A stretch of DNA of 64,000 nucleotides from an uncultured Desulfobacter sp. Its GTDB lineage: Bacteria; Desulfobacterota; Desulfobacteria; Desulfobacterales; Desulfobacteraceae. The stretch spans positions 3,744,001-3,808,000 of the forward strand of contig OY762069.1 in the NCBI GenBank assembly GCA_963665095.1, written 5' to 3'. Shown piece by piece: positions 10,637 through 20,600 of this stretch (position 1 is its first letter; every line of letters begins with the position of its first letter). Below the pieces are notes generated by a model. That model made no database searches. It was not told the origin of the DNA and saw only the letters and a list, made by a program, of their open reading frames with translations. Position numbers and translations under genes: made by a program.

Positions 10637-12352
10637 GTGCCTGTGGCCCGGCGGGGGCATATTTCAAGCTTCCAATATTTTTCTATACTTCTTGAGTCAA
10701 AAAGCAAGTTCTTATCTGTATCTGTCGGCACATTTACCTATGACGACCTGAACCGCAAGCTAACGGATACAGTCAATTTCGGACCGTTCACAAAAGACAT
10801 TGCCTGCACCTGGGCTGCCAACAGCCAGAAAAGCAGTTACACAAACCCGTCCGTCAATGTTTACAATTACGTCTACGTCAACAACCAGCTCGCAGGCATT
10901 GAGCTGCCGGGCACCGGCACCATCACCACCAGCGCCTACAAATGGAACCGGCCTGCAACCATCCAGTACCCCGGCGGCACCAGACAAACCCGAACCTATG
11001 CCCCGCTCATGCGCCTGACCTCGGTAACAGACCAGGACCCCGGCAGCAACAACGTCATGGCCTACACCTACACCCACGATCCCCTGGACAACATCACCCA
11101 AAAATCCACGGAACACGGGGATTACACTTACGATTACGACACCCTCCAGCGCCTGACATCAGCAGACAACCCGGAAACCCAGACCGACGAGGCCTTTACC
11201 TACGATGCCGTGGGCAACCGCCTCACAGACGCTGAAAACACCGACACCTGGACCTACAACCAAAACAACGAGCTTGAAACCCACAGCAATACAAGTTATG
11301 AATATGATGACTACGGAAACACGGTCAAAAAGACGCTCAACGGCGTAACCACCCTGTTCTTTTACAATCTGGAAGACCGCCTGGAACGGGTAGAGGATGA
11401 ATCCGGAAACATCATAACCAAATACGGCTACGATCCATTCGGCCGCAGGCTGTGGAAGGAGACCTCCGGCACCAAAACATACTTCATGTATGCCGACAAA
11501 GGCCTGATCGGGGAATACACAGCCACAGGCACAGAAATCAAAACCTACGGCTGGAAACCCGGATCTACCTGGGGCACAGACCCATTGTTCATGAAGATCG
11601 GAAGCCAATACTATTTTTACCACAACGACCATCTGGGTACTCCTCAGAAAATGACATCTATCTCGGGAGCTGTTGTTTGGTCTGCGAAATACACTTCTTT
11701 TGGCAAAGCCGAGATTGATGCTGATTCTACCGTTGAAAATAGTTTTAGATTCTTGGGACAGCATGAAGATGTTGATGCTGGGTTGCACTACAATAGATAT
11801 AGATATTATGATCCTGATACAGGTCGATATGCTACCGCCGATCCAATTGGTTTTTTGGGTGGGCCCAACCTCTATGCATATGCCTCAAATGATCCAATAA
11901 ATTCGACAGACCCGTGGGGGTTGTGGCCTTATTACAAGCGTTGGGGTGGACCTGACCACACGGCGGGGAAAAAAGGTTCATGGGATTCTTTTTCAGACGC
12001 CTTCAGAGATGATATTAGGAAACAAATTCGAGATGGGTGGGATCCAAACTCTCGATATCGCCCCTTAGATGCTCAAGATACTTGTTATATGTATCATGAT
12101 ATTTGTTATGGAGAGTGTCGGATGAAGTGTTCAGGAGAGCCGTGCCCGATAGAATGTGAAAGGAAAGGATTAAATAAATGTGACCATGACTTGAAGGATT
12201 GCTTGATTGGAATTGGATTTTCAGGGAATGTTCTTGATGAGGCGCGTAGAATTGCAGCGATACCTGTATTTGAATTGCAACCTGCAAATCGAAATGCAAT
12301 AGCAGAGAATAAAAAGGATGGAGGTTATAGATGGTTTACCTGGCACTTTTAA
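10637..12352 (+). CDS. Rhs cassette 1: 5'-truncated YD/Rhs core + PLA2-like C-terminal toxin
   Basis: Homology to the other Rhs copies starts at ~10726; DHLGTP, RYYDP..GRY..DPIG, DPWGL cleavage motif; tip WGGPD...DAQDTCYMYHDICY. Confidence 0.85.
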   Translation: MPVARRGHISSFQYFSILLESKSKFLSVSVGTFTYDDLNRKLTDTVNFGPFTKDIACTWAANSQKSSYTNPSVNVYNYVYVNNQLAGIELPGTGTITTSAYKWNRPATIQYPGGTRQTRTYAPLMRLTSVTDQDPGSNNVMAYTYTHDPLDNITQKSTEHGDYTYDYDTLQRLTSADNPETQTDEAFTYDAVGNRLTDAENTDTWTYNQNNELETHSNTSYEYDDYGNTVKKTLNGVTTLFFYNLEDRLERVEDESGNIITKYGYDPFGRRLWKETSGTKTYFMYADKGLIGEYTATGTEIKTYGWKPGSTWGTDPLFMKIGSQYYFYHNDHLGTPQKMTSISGAVVWSAKYTSFGKAEIDADSTVENSFRFLGQHEDVDAGLHYNRYRYYDPDTGRYATADPIGFLGGPNLYAYASNDPINSTDPWGLWPYYKRWGGPDHTAGKKGSWDSFSDAFRDDIRKQIRDGWDPNSRYRPLDAQDTCYMYHDICYGECRMKCSGEPCPIECERKGLNKCDHDLKDCLIGIGFSGNVLDEARRIAAIPVFELQPANRNAIAENKKDGGYRWFTWHF

Positions 12353-12372
12353 TAAAAAGAATATCTAATAAT
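12331..12372 (+). pseudogene. Original 5' end of immunity gene 1, severed by IS4
   Basis: GGAGG (12320-12324) then ATG 12331 reads MVYLALLIKRISNN, in frame with WLLITSGC after IS removal. Confidence 0.8.
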
Positions 12373-13689
12373 CAGTAGTGTCCGGTTAGGTTTTTGCTTG
12401 CGCTGTACTTGTGATTTTTTGATCTTTGACAATATTGTCTCTGTTTAAACCCTCAGTCACACCCTGGTTCTGCTCGATCAGATCATTCAAGATGGCTGTT
12501 CTTAGCTGTCGAACCCTTTTAACAGAAACCTTCTCGTTAAATTCGTCTCGGCAATAGATTGCCAGCAACAGGTACGTGATGAGGCCACTAAGGATTTGCA
12601 CCATGAGGCCATATTCACTACGGGCAATGAGGTGGTAAACTTTCAGGTGCTCTTTCCACCATTTGAAAAAATCTTCAATGGTCCACCGGAGTTTATAAAC
12701 GGTCGCTATTTGTTCTGCTGTTAAATCATGCCTGTCCGTTGCCACATAGTATTTCACACCGGCAATTTTATAGCCAACAACCCGAACCGGCATTTTCGTC
12801 TGGTTTTGATTCGGAGTGCCAAGAAGAACCAGAGCGTCATAAAAGATGTAACTGTCAGCGTTGACTTCGTGAGTATCAATTACCGTTCTGGTTGTTTTGG
12901 CTTTTATACGGCAAACAAAATGCTTGCCCTGCGCCTGAAGCAGATCAAAATCGTGATGTGATTGATAACCACGATCCATGACACCGGTTTGCCCTTTGGA
13001 AAGTATCTTTGGAACAAAAGGACGCTCAGCTCCATTGCCCTCTGTCAGAAATATTTTGTTTGGAATGCCGTGATTAATATCAAATCCGCAATGTGCTTTG
13101 GCTTTCTTGCTTCCTTTCCTGTAGTTGGCCCAATGCATTGAAAGAACAGCATTTATAAGACTGCCGTCAATGGATACCAGATCGCCCAACTCAGCATGCT
13201 CCTTTGGTAGACACCCAACAGCCTGTTTATAAAGGTCTTCGAACAAAAATTGCAGTTGTTCAAGCCCTCGGTGGTTGACTGCTTCGCAAAAGCTACTGCG
13301 GCTGATACCGCCTTCCGGAGCAATATGTTCTTTGGCAAAAATATTTTCCTTGAGATCTTGGACTAAATGCCGGGCTGATTTGTGTTCCTGCAGATGGAAA
13401 TAAATCAGGGCATTTATCTGGTCTTCGAATGTCATTTTTAACGGTCGGTCTCCTCGAGATTTCAATTCTGGTGCTTGTGGAAACGACCTTATCAGAGGGT
13501 CACGAAACTTGTCAAAATTCAGGGACTGTATTGTGGCTTTGGTAATTGAAATGCGCGTCATTTGGGCTCCTTGATAAAATTTTTCAAGGCGCGCAAAAAT
13601 TTATACGCACATTTGTCAACATAAAAATGACGTTTTTTTGAATAATTTTAGATGTTTTTTATATGCAACAACCTAACCGGACACTACTG
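12373..13689 (-). mobile_element. IS4-family element, copy 1 (1317 bp)
   Basis: Terminal IR CAGTAGTGTCCGGTTAGGTT; 9-bp TSD TCTAATAAT (12364-12372 / 13690-13698). Confidence 0.95.
12386..13561 (-). CDS. IS4 transposase
   Basis: SIDGS, VMDRGY, Y.LRW.IE.FFK (YREK) motifs. Confidence 0.93.
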   Translation of the reverse strand: MTRISITKATIQSLNFDKFRDPLIRSFPQAPELKSRGDRPLKMTFEDQINALIYFHLQEHKSARHLVQDLKENIFAKEHIAPEGGISRSSFCEAVNHRGLEQLQFLFEDLYKQAVGCLPKEHAELGDLVSIDGSLINAVLSMHWANYRKGSKKAKAHCGFDINHGIPNKIFLTEGNGAERPFVPKILSKGQTGVMDRGYQSHHDFDLLQAQGKHFVCRIKAKTTRTVIDTHEVNADSYIFYDALVLLGTPNQNQTKMPVRVVGYKIAGVKYYVATDRHDLTAEQIATVYKLRWTIEDFFKWWKEHLKVYHLIARSEYGLMVQILSGLITYLLLAIYCRDEFNEKVSVKRVRQLRTAILNDLIEQNQGVTEGLNRDNIVKDQKITSTAQAKT

Positions 13690-14253
13690 TCTAATAATTG
13701 GCTTTTGATTACATCAGGTTGTATCGTTTTCTTCGGTTGTGCAACTTTGTCAGTTAATCAACAGAAAGAAATCCCTCGTGAAATAGTAATGTCTGATGGC
13801 ATGGAAATATGTGCCGCTGATAACAATGACTATATCTGTGTGATTGCGGTCGGAAATACGAAGAGAACGATAAAATGGGATGGAGAAGAGCACTCCATCA
13901 ACTTAATTCCAAGAAAAAAACGTTGGCATGGCAACTTAGGATTAATTACGCCTAAACCACCTATGAACATCTGGAGTACCAGAAAAGGGTTAATGCGAGT
14001 TCTGATCGAAGAGTGTCAAATAAATTATGATAACGTTGAAAATGCAGTAAAAAGATTACCATTTTATCAAGAAGATGGTATTAATGTTGCTTATAATGAT
14101 AGTGGGCTATTAATTATGTGGCGAAAAACAGTTTGGCCAGATGAGCAATTGTTAGATTTATCTATTTTTCAAATAAATATTAATGGTGAAAAACCGCACA
14201 AATTGCCAGGAAGCCAAAACGATAAAGTGGTTGTGAAAGGGAGCTCTTATTGA
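13663..14253 (+). CDS. Putative lipoprotein immunity protein for the PLA2-like toxin, copy a (start codon supplied by IS end)
   Basis: Directly after toxin 1, low GC, lipobox-like IVFFGC; homologous to the split gene at 55141/57279. Confidence 0.75.
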   Translation: MQQPNRTLLSNNWLLITSGCIVFFGCATLSVNQQKEIPREIVMSDGMEICAADNNDYICVIAVGNTKRTIKWDGEEHSINLIPRKKRWHGNLGLITPKPPMNIWSTRKGLMRVLIEECQINYDNVENAVKRLPFYQEDGINVAYNDSGLLIMWRKTVWPDEQLLDLSIFQININGEKPHKLPGSQNDKVVVKGSSY

Positions 14254-14303
14254 TTAAATTCAGGGAACACAAACAAAAGTATTGTCAATAGTCTGTTAAA
14301 AAT

Positions 14304-15620
14304 CAGTAGTGTCCGGTTAGGTTTTTGCTTGCGCTGTACTTGTGATTTTTTGATCTTTGACAATATTGTCTCTGTTTAAACCCTCAGTCACACCCTGGTT
14401 CTGCTCGATCAGATCATTCAAGATGGCTGTTCTTAGCTGTCGAACCCTTTTAACAGAAACCTTCTCGTTAAATTCGTCTCGGCAATAGATTGCCAGCAAC
14501 AGGTACGTGATGAGGCCACTAAGGATTTGCACCATGAGGCCATATTCACTACGGGCAATGAGGTGGTAAACTTTCAGGTGCTCTTTCCACCATTTGAAAA
14601 AATCTTCAATGGTCCACCGGAGTTTATAAACGGTCGCTATTTGTTCTGCTGTTAAATCATGCCTGTCCGTTGCCACATAGTATTTCACACCGGCAATTTT
14701 ATAGCCAACAACCCGAACCGGCATTTTCGTCTGGTTTTGATTCGGAGTGCCAAGAAGAACCAGAGCGTCATAAAAGATGTAACTGTCAGCGTTGACTTCG
14801 TGAGTATCAATTACCGTTCTGGTTGTTTTGGCTTTTATACGGCAAACAAAATGCTTGCCCTGCGCCTGAAGCAGATCAAAATCGTGATGTGATTGATAAC
14901 CACGATCCATGACACCGGTTTGCCCTTTGGAAAGTATCTTTGGAACAAAAGGACGCTCAGCTCCATTGCCCTCTGTCAGAAATATTTTGTTTGGAATGCC
15001 GTGATTAATATCAAATCCGCAATGTGCTTTGGCTTTCTTGCTTCCTTTCCTGTAGTTGGCCCAATGCATTGAAAGAACAGCATTTATAAGACTGCCGTCA
15101 ATGGATACCAGATCGCCCAACTCAGCATGCTCCTTTGGTAGACACCCAACAGCCTGTTTATAAAGGTCTTCGAACAAAAATTGCAGTTGTTCAAGCCCTC
15201 GGTGGTTGACTGCTTCGCAAAAGCTACTGCGGCTGATACCGCCTTCCGGAGCAATATGTTCTTTGGCAAAAATATTTTCCTTGAGATCTTGGACTAAATG
15301 CCGGGCTGATTTGTGTTCCTGCAGATGGAAATAAATCAGGGCATTTATCTGGTCTTCGAATGTCATTTTTAACGGTCGGTCTCCTCGAGATTTCAATTCT
15401 GGTGCTTGTGGAAACGACCTTATCAGAGGGTCACGAAACTTGTCAAAATTCAGGGACTGTATTGTGGCTTTGGTAATTGAAATGCGCGTCATTTGGGCTC
15501 CTTGATAAAATTTTTCAAGGCGCGCAAAAATTTATACGCACATTTGTCAACATAAAAATGACGTTTTTTTGAATAATTTTAGATGTTTTTTATATGCAAC
15601 AACCTAACCGGACACTACTG
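14304..15620 (-). mobile_element. IS4-family element, copy 2 (recombinant flanks)
   Basis: Same IRs and length as copy 1; left flank GTTAAAAAT, right flank TCTAATAAT. Confidence 0.95.
14317..15492 (-). CDS. IS4 transposase
   Basis: Protein identical to 12386..13561. Confidence 0.93.
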   Translation of the reverse strand: MTRISITKATIQSLNFDKFRDPLIRSFPQAPELKSRGDRPLKMTFEDQINALIYFHLQEHKSARHLVQDLKENIFAKEHIAPEGGISRSSFCEAVNHRGLEQLQFLFEDLYKQAVGCLPKEHAELGDLVSIDGSLINAVLSMHWANYRKGSKKAKAHCGFDINHGIPNKIFLTEGNGAERPFVPKILSKGQTGVMDRGYQSHHDFDLLQAQGKHFVCRIKAKTTRTVIDTHEVNADSYIFYDALVLLGTPNQNQTKMPVRVVGYKIAGVKYYVATDRHDLTAEQIATVYKLRWTIEDFFKWWKEHLKVYHLIARSEYGLMVQILSGLITYLLLAIYCRDEFNEKVSVKRVRQLRTAILNDLIEQNQGVTEGLNRDNIVKDQKITSTAQAKT

Positions 15621-16184
15621 TCTAATAATTGGCTTTTGATTACATCAGGTTGTATCGTTTTCTTCGGTTGTGCAACTTTGTCAGTTAATCAACAGAAAGA
15701 AATCCCTCGTGAAATAGTAATGTCTGATGGCATGGAAATATGTGCCGCTGATAACAATGACTATATCTGTGTGATTGCGGTCGGAAATACGAAGAGAACG
15801 ATAAAATGGGATGGAGAAGAGCACTCCATCAACTTAATTCCAAGAAAAAAACGTTGGCATGGCAACTTAGGATTAATTACGCCTAAACCACCTATGAACA
15901 TCTGGAGTACCAGAAAAGGGTTAATGCGAGTTCTGATCGAAGAGTGTCAAATAAATTATGATAACGTTGAAAATGCAGTAAAAAGATTACCATTTTATCA
16001 AGAAGATGGTATTAATGTTGCTTATAATGATAGTGGGCTATTAATTATGTGGCGAAAAACAGTTTGGCCAGATGAGCAATTGTTAGATTTATCTATTTTT
16101 CAAATAAATATTAATGGTGAAAAACCGCACAAATTGCCAGGAAGCCAAAACGATAAAGTGGTTGTGAAAGGGAGCTCTTATTGA
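15594..16184 (+). CDS. Putative immunity lipoprotein, copy b
   Basis: Protein identical to 13663..14253. Confidence 0.75.
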   Translation: MQQPNRTLLSNNWLLITSGCIVFFGCATLSVNQQKEIPREIVMSDGMEICAADNNDYICVIAVGNTKRTIKWDGEEHSINLIPRKKRWHGNLGLITPKPPMNIWSTRKGLMRVLIEECQINYDNVENAVKRLPFYQEDGINVAYNDSGLLIMWRKTVWPDEQLLDLSIFQININGEKPHKLPGSQNDKVVVKGSSY

Positions 16185-16234
16185 TTAAATTCAGGGAACA
16201 CAAACAAAAGTATTGTCAATAGTCTGTTAAAAAT

Positions 16235-17551
16235 CAGTAGTGTCCGGTTAGGTTTTTGCTTGCGCTGTACTTGTGATTTTTTGATCTTTGACAATATTGT
16301 CTCTGTTTAAACCCTCAGTCACACCCTGGTTCTGCTCGATCAGATCATTCAAGATGGCTGTTCTTAGCTGTCGAACCCTTTTAACAGAAACCTTCTCGTT
16401 AAATTCGTCTCGGCAATAGATTGCCAGCAACAGGTACGTGATGAGGCCACTAAGGATTTGCACCATGAGGCCATATTCACTACGGGCAATGAGGTGGTAA
16501 ACTTTCAGGTGCTCTTTCCACCATTTGAAAAAATCTTCAATGGTCCACCGGAGTTTATAAACGGTCGCTATTTGTTCTGCTGTTAAATCATGCCTGTCCG
16601 TTGCCACATAGTATTTCACACCGGCAATTTTATAGCCAACAACCCGAACCGGCATTTTCGTCTGGTTTTGATTCGGAGTGCCAAGAAGAACCAGAGCGTC
16701 ATAAAAGATGTAACTGTCAGCGTTGACTTCGTGAGTATCAATTACCGTTCTGGTTGTTTTGGCTTTTATACGGCAAACAAAATGCTTGCCCTGCGCCTGA
16801 AGCAGATCAAAATCGTGATGTGATTGATAACCACGATCCATGACACCGGTTTGCCCTTTGGAAAGTATCTTTGGAACAAAAGGACGCTCAGCTCCATTGC
16901 CCTCTGTCAGAAATATTTTGTTTGGAATGCCGTGATTAATATCAAATCCGCAATGTGCTTTGGCTTTCTTGCTTCCTTTCCTGTAGTTGGCCCAATGCAT
17001 TGAAAGAACAGCATTTATAAGACTGCCGTCAATGGATACCAGATCGCCCAACTCAGCATGCTCCTTTGGTAGACACCCAACAGCCTGTTTATAAAGGTCT
17101 TCGAACAAAAATTGCAGTTGTTCAAGCCCTCGGTGGTTGACTGCTTCGCAAAAGCTACTGCGGCTGATACCGCCTTCCGGAGCAATATGTTCTTTGGCAA
17201 AAATATTTTCCTTGAGATCTTGGACTAAATGCCGGGCTGATTTGTGTTCCTGCAGATGGAAATAAATCAGGGCATTTATCTGGTCTTCGAATGTCATTTT
17301 TAACGGTCGGTCTCCTCGAGATTTCAATTCTGGTGCTTGTGGAAACGACCTTATCAGAGGGTCACGAAACTTGTCAAAATTCAGGGACTGTATTGTGGCT
17401 TTGGTAATTGAAATGCGCGTCATTTGGGCTCCTTGATAAAATTTTTCAAGGCGCGCAAAAATTTATACGCACATTTGTCAACATAAAAATGACGTTTTTT
17501 TGAATAATTTTAGATGTTTTTTATATGCAACAACCTAACCGGACACTACTG
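16235..17551 (-). mobile_element. IS4-family element, copy 3
   Basis: Same IRs; 9-bp TSD GTTAAAAAT (16226-16234 / 17552-17560). Confidence 0.95.
16248..17423 (-). CDS. IS4 transposase
   Basis: Protein identical to copies 1 and 2. Confidence 0.93.
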   Translation of the reverse strand: MTRISITKATIQSLNFDKFRDPLIRSFPQAPELKSRGDRPLKMTFEDQINALIYFHLQEHKSARHLVQDLKENIFAKEHIAPEGGISRSSFCEAVNHRGLEQLQFLFEDLYKQAVGCLPKEHAELGDLVSIDGSLINAVLSMHWANYRKGSKKAKAHCGFDINHGIPNKIFLTEGNGAERPFVPKILSKGQTGVMDRGYQSHHDFDLLQAQGKHFVCRIKAKTTRTVIDTHEVNADSYIFYDALVLLGTPNQNQTKMPVRVVGYKIAGVKYYVATDRHDLTAEQIATVYKLRWTIEDFFKWWKEHLKVYHLIARSEYGLMVQILSGLITYLLLAIYCRDEFNEKVSVKRVRQLRTAILNDLIEQNQGVTEGLNRDNIVKDQKITSTAQAKT

Positions 17552-17566
17552 GTTAAAAATAATATC

Positions 17567-17589
17567 TGCTCTTTGAAAATTTGTTTTAT
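17567..17589 (+). promoter_or_regulatory. boxA-like motif TGCTCTTTGAAAAT(TTGTTTTAT)
   Basis: Resembles rrn boxA; TCTTTGAAAATTTGTTTTAT is shared with 27688-27707(-) and 57845-57864. Confidence 0.45.
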
Positions 17590-17601
17590 AAACTATTGAA
17601 C

Positions 17602-20600
17602 CGTAGCATAGGGCGACATGGTCACCGAGGCCATCACCCTGAGCAACAAGGGGCTTGCTACAATGACCGGCGTGGCCCTGACCCTGACCGACTCGCAGGG
17701 CAACGCCGCCCCGGACTGGGTACGGCTTAACACCCCGTCAGCCATCGGCACTCTGGCCGTGGGGGACGAACGCAATGTCTCCATCAGCTTTCTTCCCGGG
17801 ACTAACGAGCCCCAGGGCATGCAGATATTCTACCTGGCCATCACCAGCGACAACTATCCCGGGACAAAAATCGGCCTGTACCCCACCATCTCAAGTTCCG
17901 GCATCGGCAGTGTCCTGTTCAAGCTGTCCGATATCTACACCGGCACGTTCAATGCCAAAAACGAACTGATCCGGGGCCTTGGTAATGCCAGAATCCGGAT
18001 GCAGAACGAAGCCACATTAGCCGATCACACAGCCTCCACAGACGATCTGGGCGAGGCCCTGTTCGAGGATCTGCCCTCAGGGGCATACAAATGCAAAATC
18101 ACCGCAGACAACCACCAGGAGTACACCGGCCGTGTCTGGGTCAAGCCCGGCATTACCGTGGCAAAGGAGGTGTTCCTGGAGTACAACCTGATCACTGTGG
18201 AATGGGAGGTCAACGAGATCACCATTGAAGATAAATACGAAATCCTGCTCTCAGCCACATTTGAGACCGATGTCCCTGCTGCCGTGGTCGTGGCCGAACC
18301 CTTGTCCGTCACCCTGCCGGACATGGAAAAAGGCGATGTCTACCTGGGCGAGTTCACCTTAACCAACCACGGCCTGATCCGGGCGGACGACCTTGACATC
18401 CCCGTGCCTGACAGCGACGACAACTTCCAGTACGAGATCCTCACCGGCATCCCGGACTCCCTGGAAGCCAAGCAGCGGCTCACCATCCCCTACCGCATCA
18501 CCTGCCTTAACTCCCTGGAAGCTGACGAGGAAGACCAGACCGGCGGGGGCTGCTACACCTACCAGAAGTGCATCCCCATATCTTACGGGTATGAGTGCGC
18601 CAACGGCCGGAACACCAGCGGTGCCACCCGGCACTGTTTTTACAAGAGCGGCGGCACATGCGGCTCCGGCAGTTCCGGCGGCAGCACCAGCGGCGGGGGC
18701 TCTTCCGGCTACTATTACTCAGGGGACGGCGGAGCCTCATCTTCATCCTCAGCCCCGTCCTACACCCCCATGGAAACAGACGAACGAAAATGCCTGCCCT
18801 CACCAGACCCCAAAGAACCCGAGTGCGACAAATGCAAGGCCACCAGCCAGAACCAGAGCATCACCGTAGGCAGTGAGGTGAACACCCTTATGAGAGAATA
18901 CAGGGACGAGGCCACGGACCTGACCGTTAAAACAGCCGGGGGCTTGCTCTCCATCACCCGTCGGTACCAGTCCGGCACCTGGCAGTGGGATGACCTGAAG
19001 CAAATGGTTGACGGCCGTCCCGATGCCACCTCCCCGTACACATCTTCCGCCTATGGCCCGGATTATGTAACCCGGGGGGATGTGCCCTATGCAAAAACCG
19101 CCTCAGGCATATACAAAAACGAGACATTCACCATAGAGCGCAAAACCGATACAGATCAATACCAGGCAGACAAGTACACGTTCAAAGACAAGCACGGCAA
19201 CTGGATCATCTACGACGCTTCGGGCCGGCCCATGTCATACGGCAGCCGCACCGGCACCACAGCCACATACCTGTATAACAGCCAAAGCGATACCCGGCCG
19301 TACGGCCTTGAGGACCGGTACGGTTCCCTGGTGTTCTCGTTTGATTTTGACGGAGACGGCAACCTGATCCGGGTCTATGATGCCGATGCCAGGGAGGTGC
19401 GCTACGATTACACTGACGGCCGGCTCACCCGGGTCACGGATGTACTTGGCCATGAAACCTCTTACGAATACAGCAACGGCAACCTGATCAAAATAATAAA
19501 CGCCCTGGGCCATGAACTCCAAATTACCTACAACTCTTCCAATGATCCCGTCAGGGTCACCAATCCCGGCGGCGGGGCCTACACCTTTGAATACGACTAT
19601 GACAAGAACAAAAAGCAGTACTATGCCATGGTCAAAACCCCGGGAGGCTCAGTCAGGGAGATGTGGTACTCTGCCGACAGCGACACCATCCGGGTGGACA
19701 TAAACGGAGAGACCATCCAAAAGGTTGATGTGGACAGCAGGACCCACATCATCACAGACAGAGCCGGCAACCAAACAATCAAAACCTATGATGAAAACGA
19801 CAACCTTAAATCCGTTACCTATCCTGACGGTACAAAGGTGCTGTACCAGTATGACCTGTCCCTGAACAAGCCGGTGCAAAAGCAGGACCGGCGCAACAGC
19901 ATCACCACCTATGAGTACGATAATGCCGGCAACCTGATCCAAAAGGTTGATGCCAAAGGCACCACCACGGAACGTACCACCACCTATACCTATGATGCTG
20001 ACGGAAACATCCTGTCTTCAACCATTGAGGCGGATACCAGCACGGAAGAAAGTACCACCACCTTTACCTATGACACCACCGGTAACCTTGAATCCGTAAC
20101 AGATCCCGAAGGCCACACCACCAGGTTCACAAGCTTTGACATCATGGGCAATGTGCTGGCAAAAACCGATGCCAGGGGTAAAGAGTGGTCCTACATCTAC
20201 GATGCCAAAGGACGGCTGACGGCCACCACAGATCCTTTGGACCACACCACTACCTTTGAATATGATGCCCTGGACAACCGCACAGCTGTCATTGATCCCA
20301 ACCTCAAACGAACTGAATACGAATACGACAACCTGTCTAACCTGGTCAGGGTCACAGATCCCTCTGGGCAATGAGACCCTGATGACCTTACACCCCAGAC
20401 AAAAAGCTGGCTTCCCAAACGGATGCCGCAGGCAGCGCCACAGCCTACGAGTACGACAATGAAAACCGCCTGACCCTGACCACAGATCCTGCCGGAAATG
20501 AAACTCAGCTCACCTATACGGACGGGTCCGGCTGTTCCTCCTGCGCCTCAGGCACCGGCAACCAGATCGACACGGTAACCTACCCAACCTTCAAGAAGCA

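Noticed and set aside
10637..10725. N-termini of ORFs 10637, 34876, 43683, 47090 and 49230, and of minus-strand ORFs 29053 and 30062
   Set aside because: Read-in from flanking or IS DNA; homology to the other Rhs copies starts later.
12373..17551. CRISPR-like repeat/spacer pattern
   Set aside because: Repeats are 1.3-kb IS copies and the spacers are identical; no short-repeat array or cas genes.
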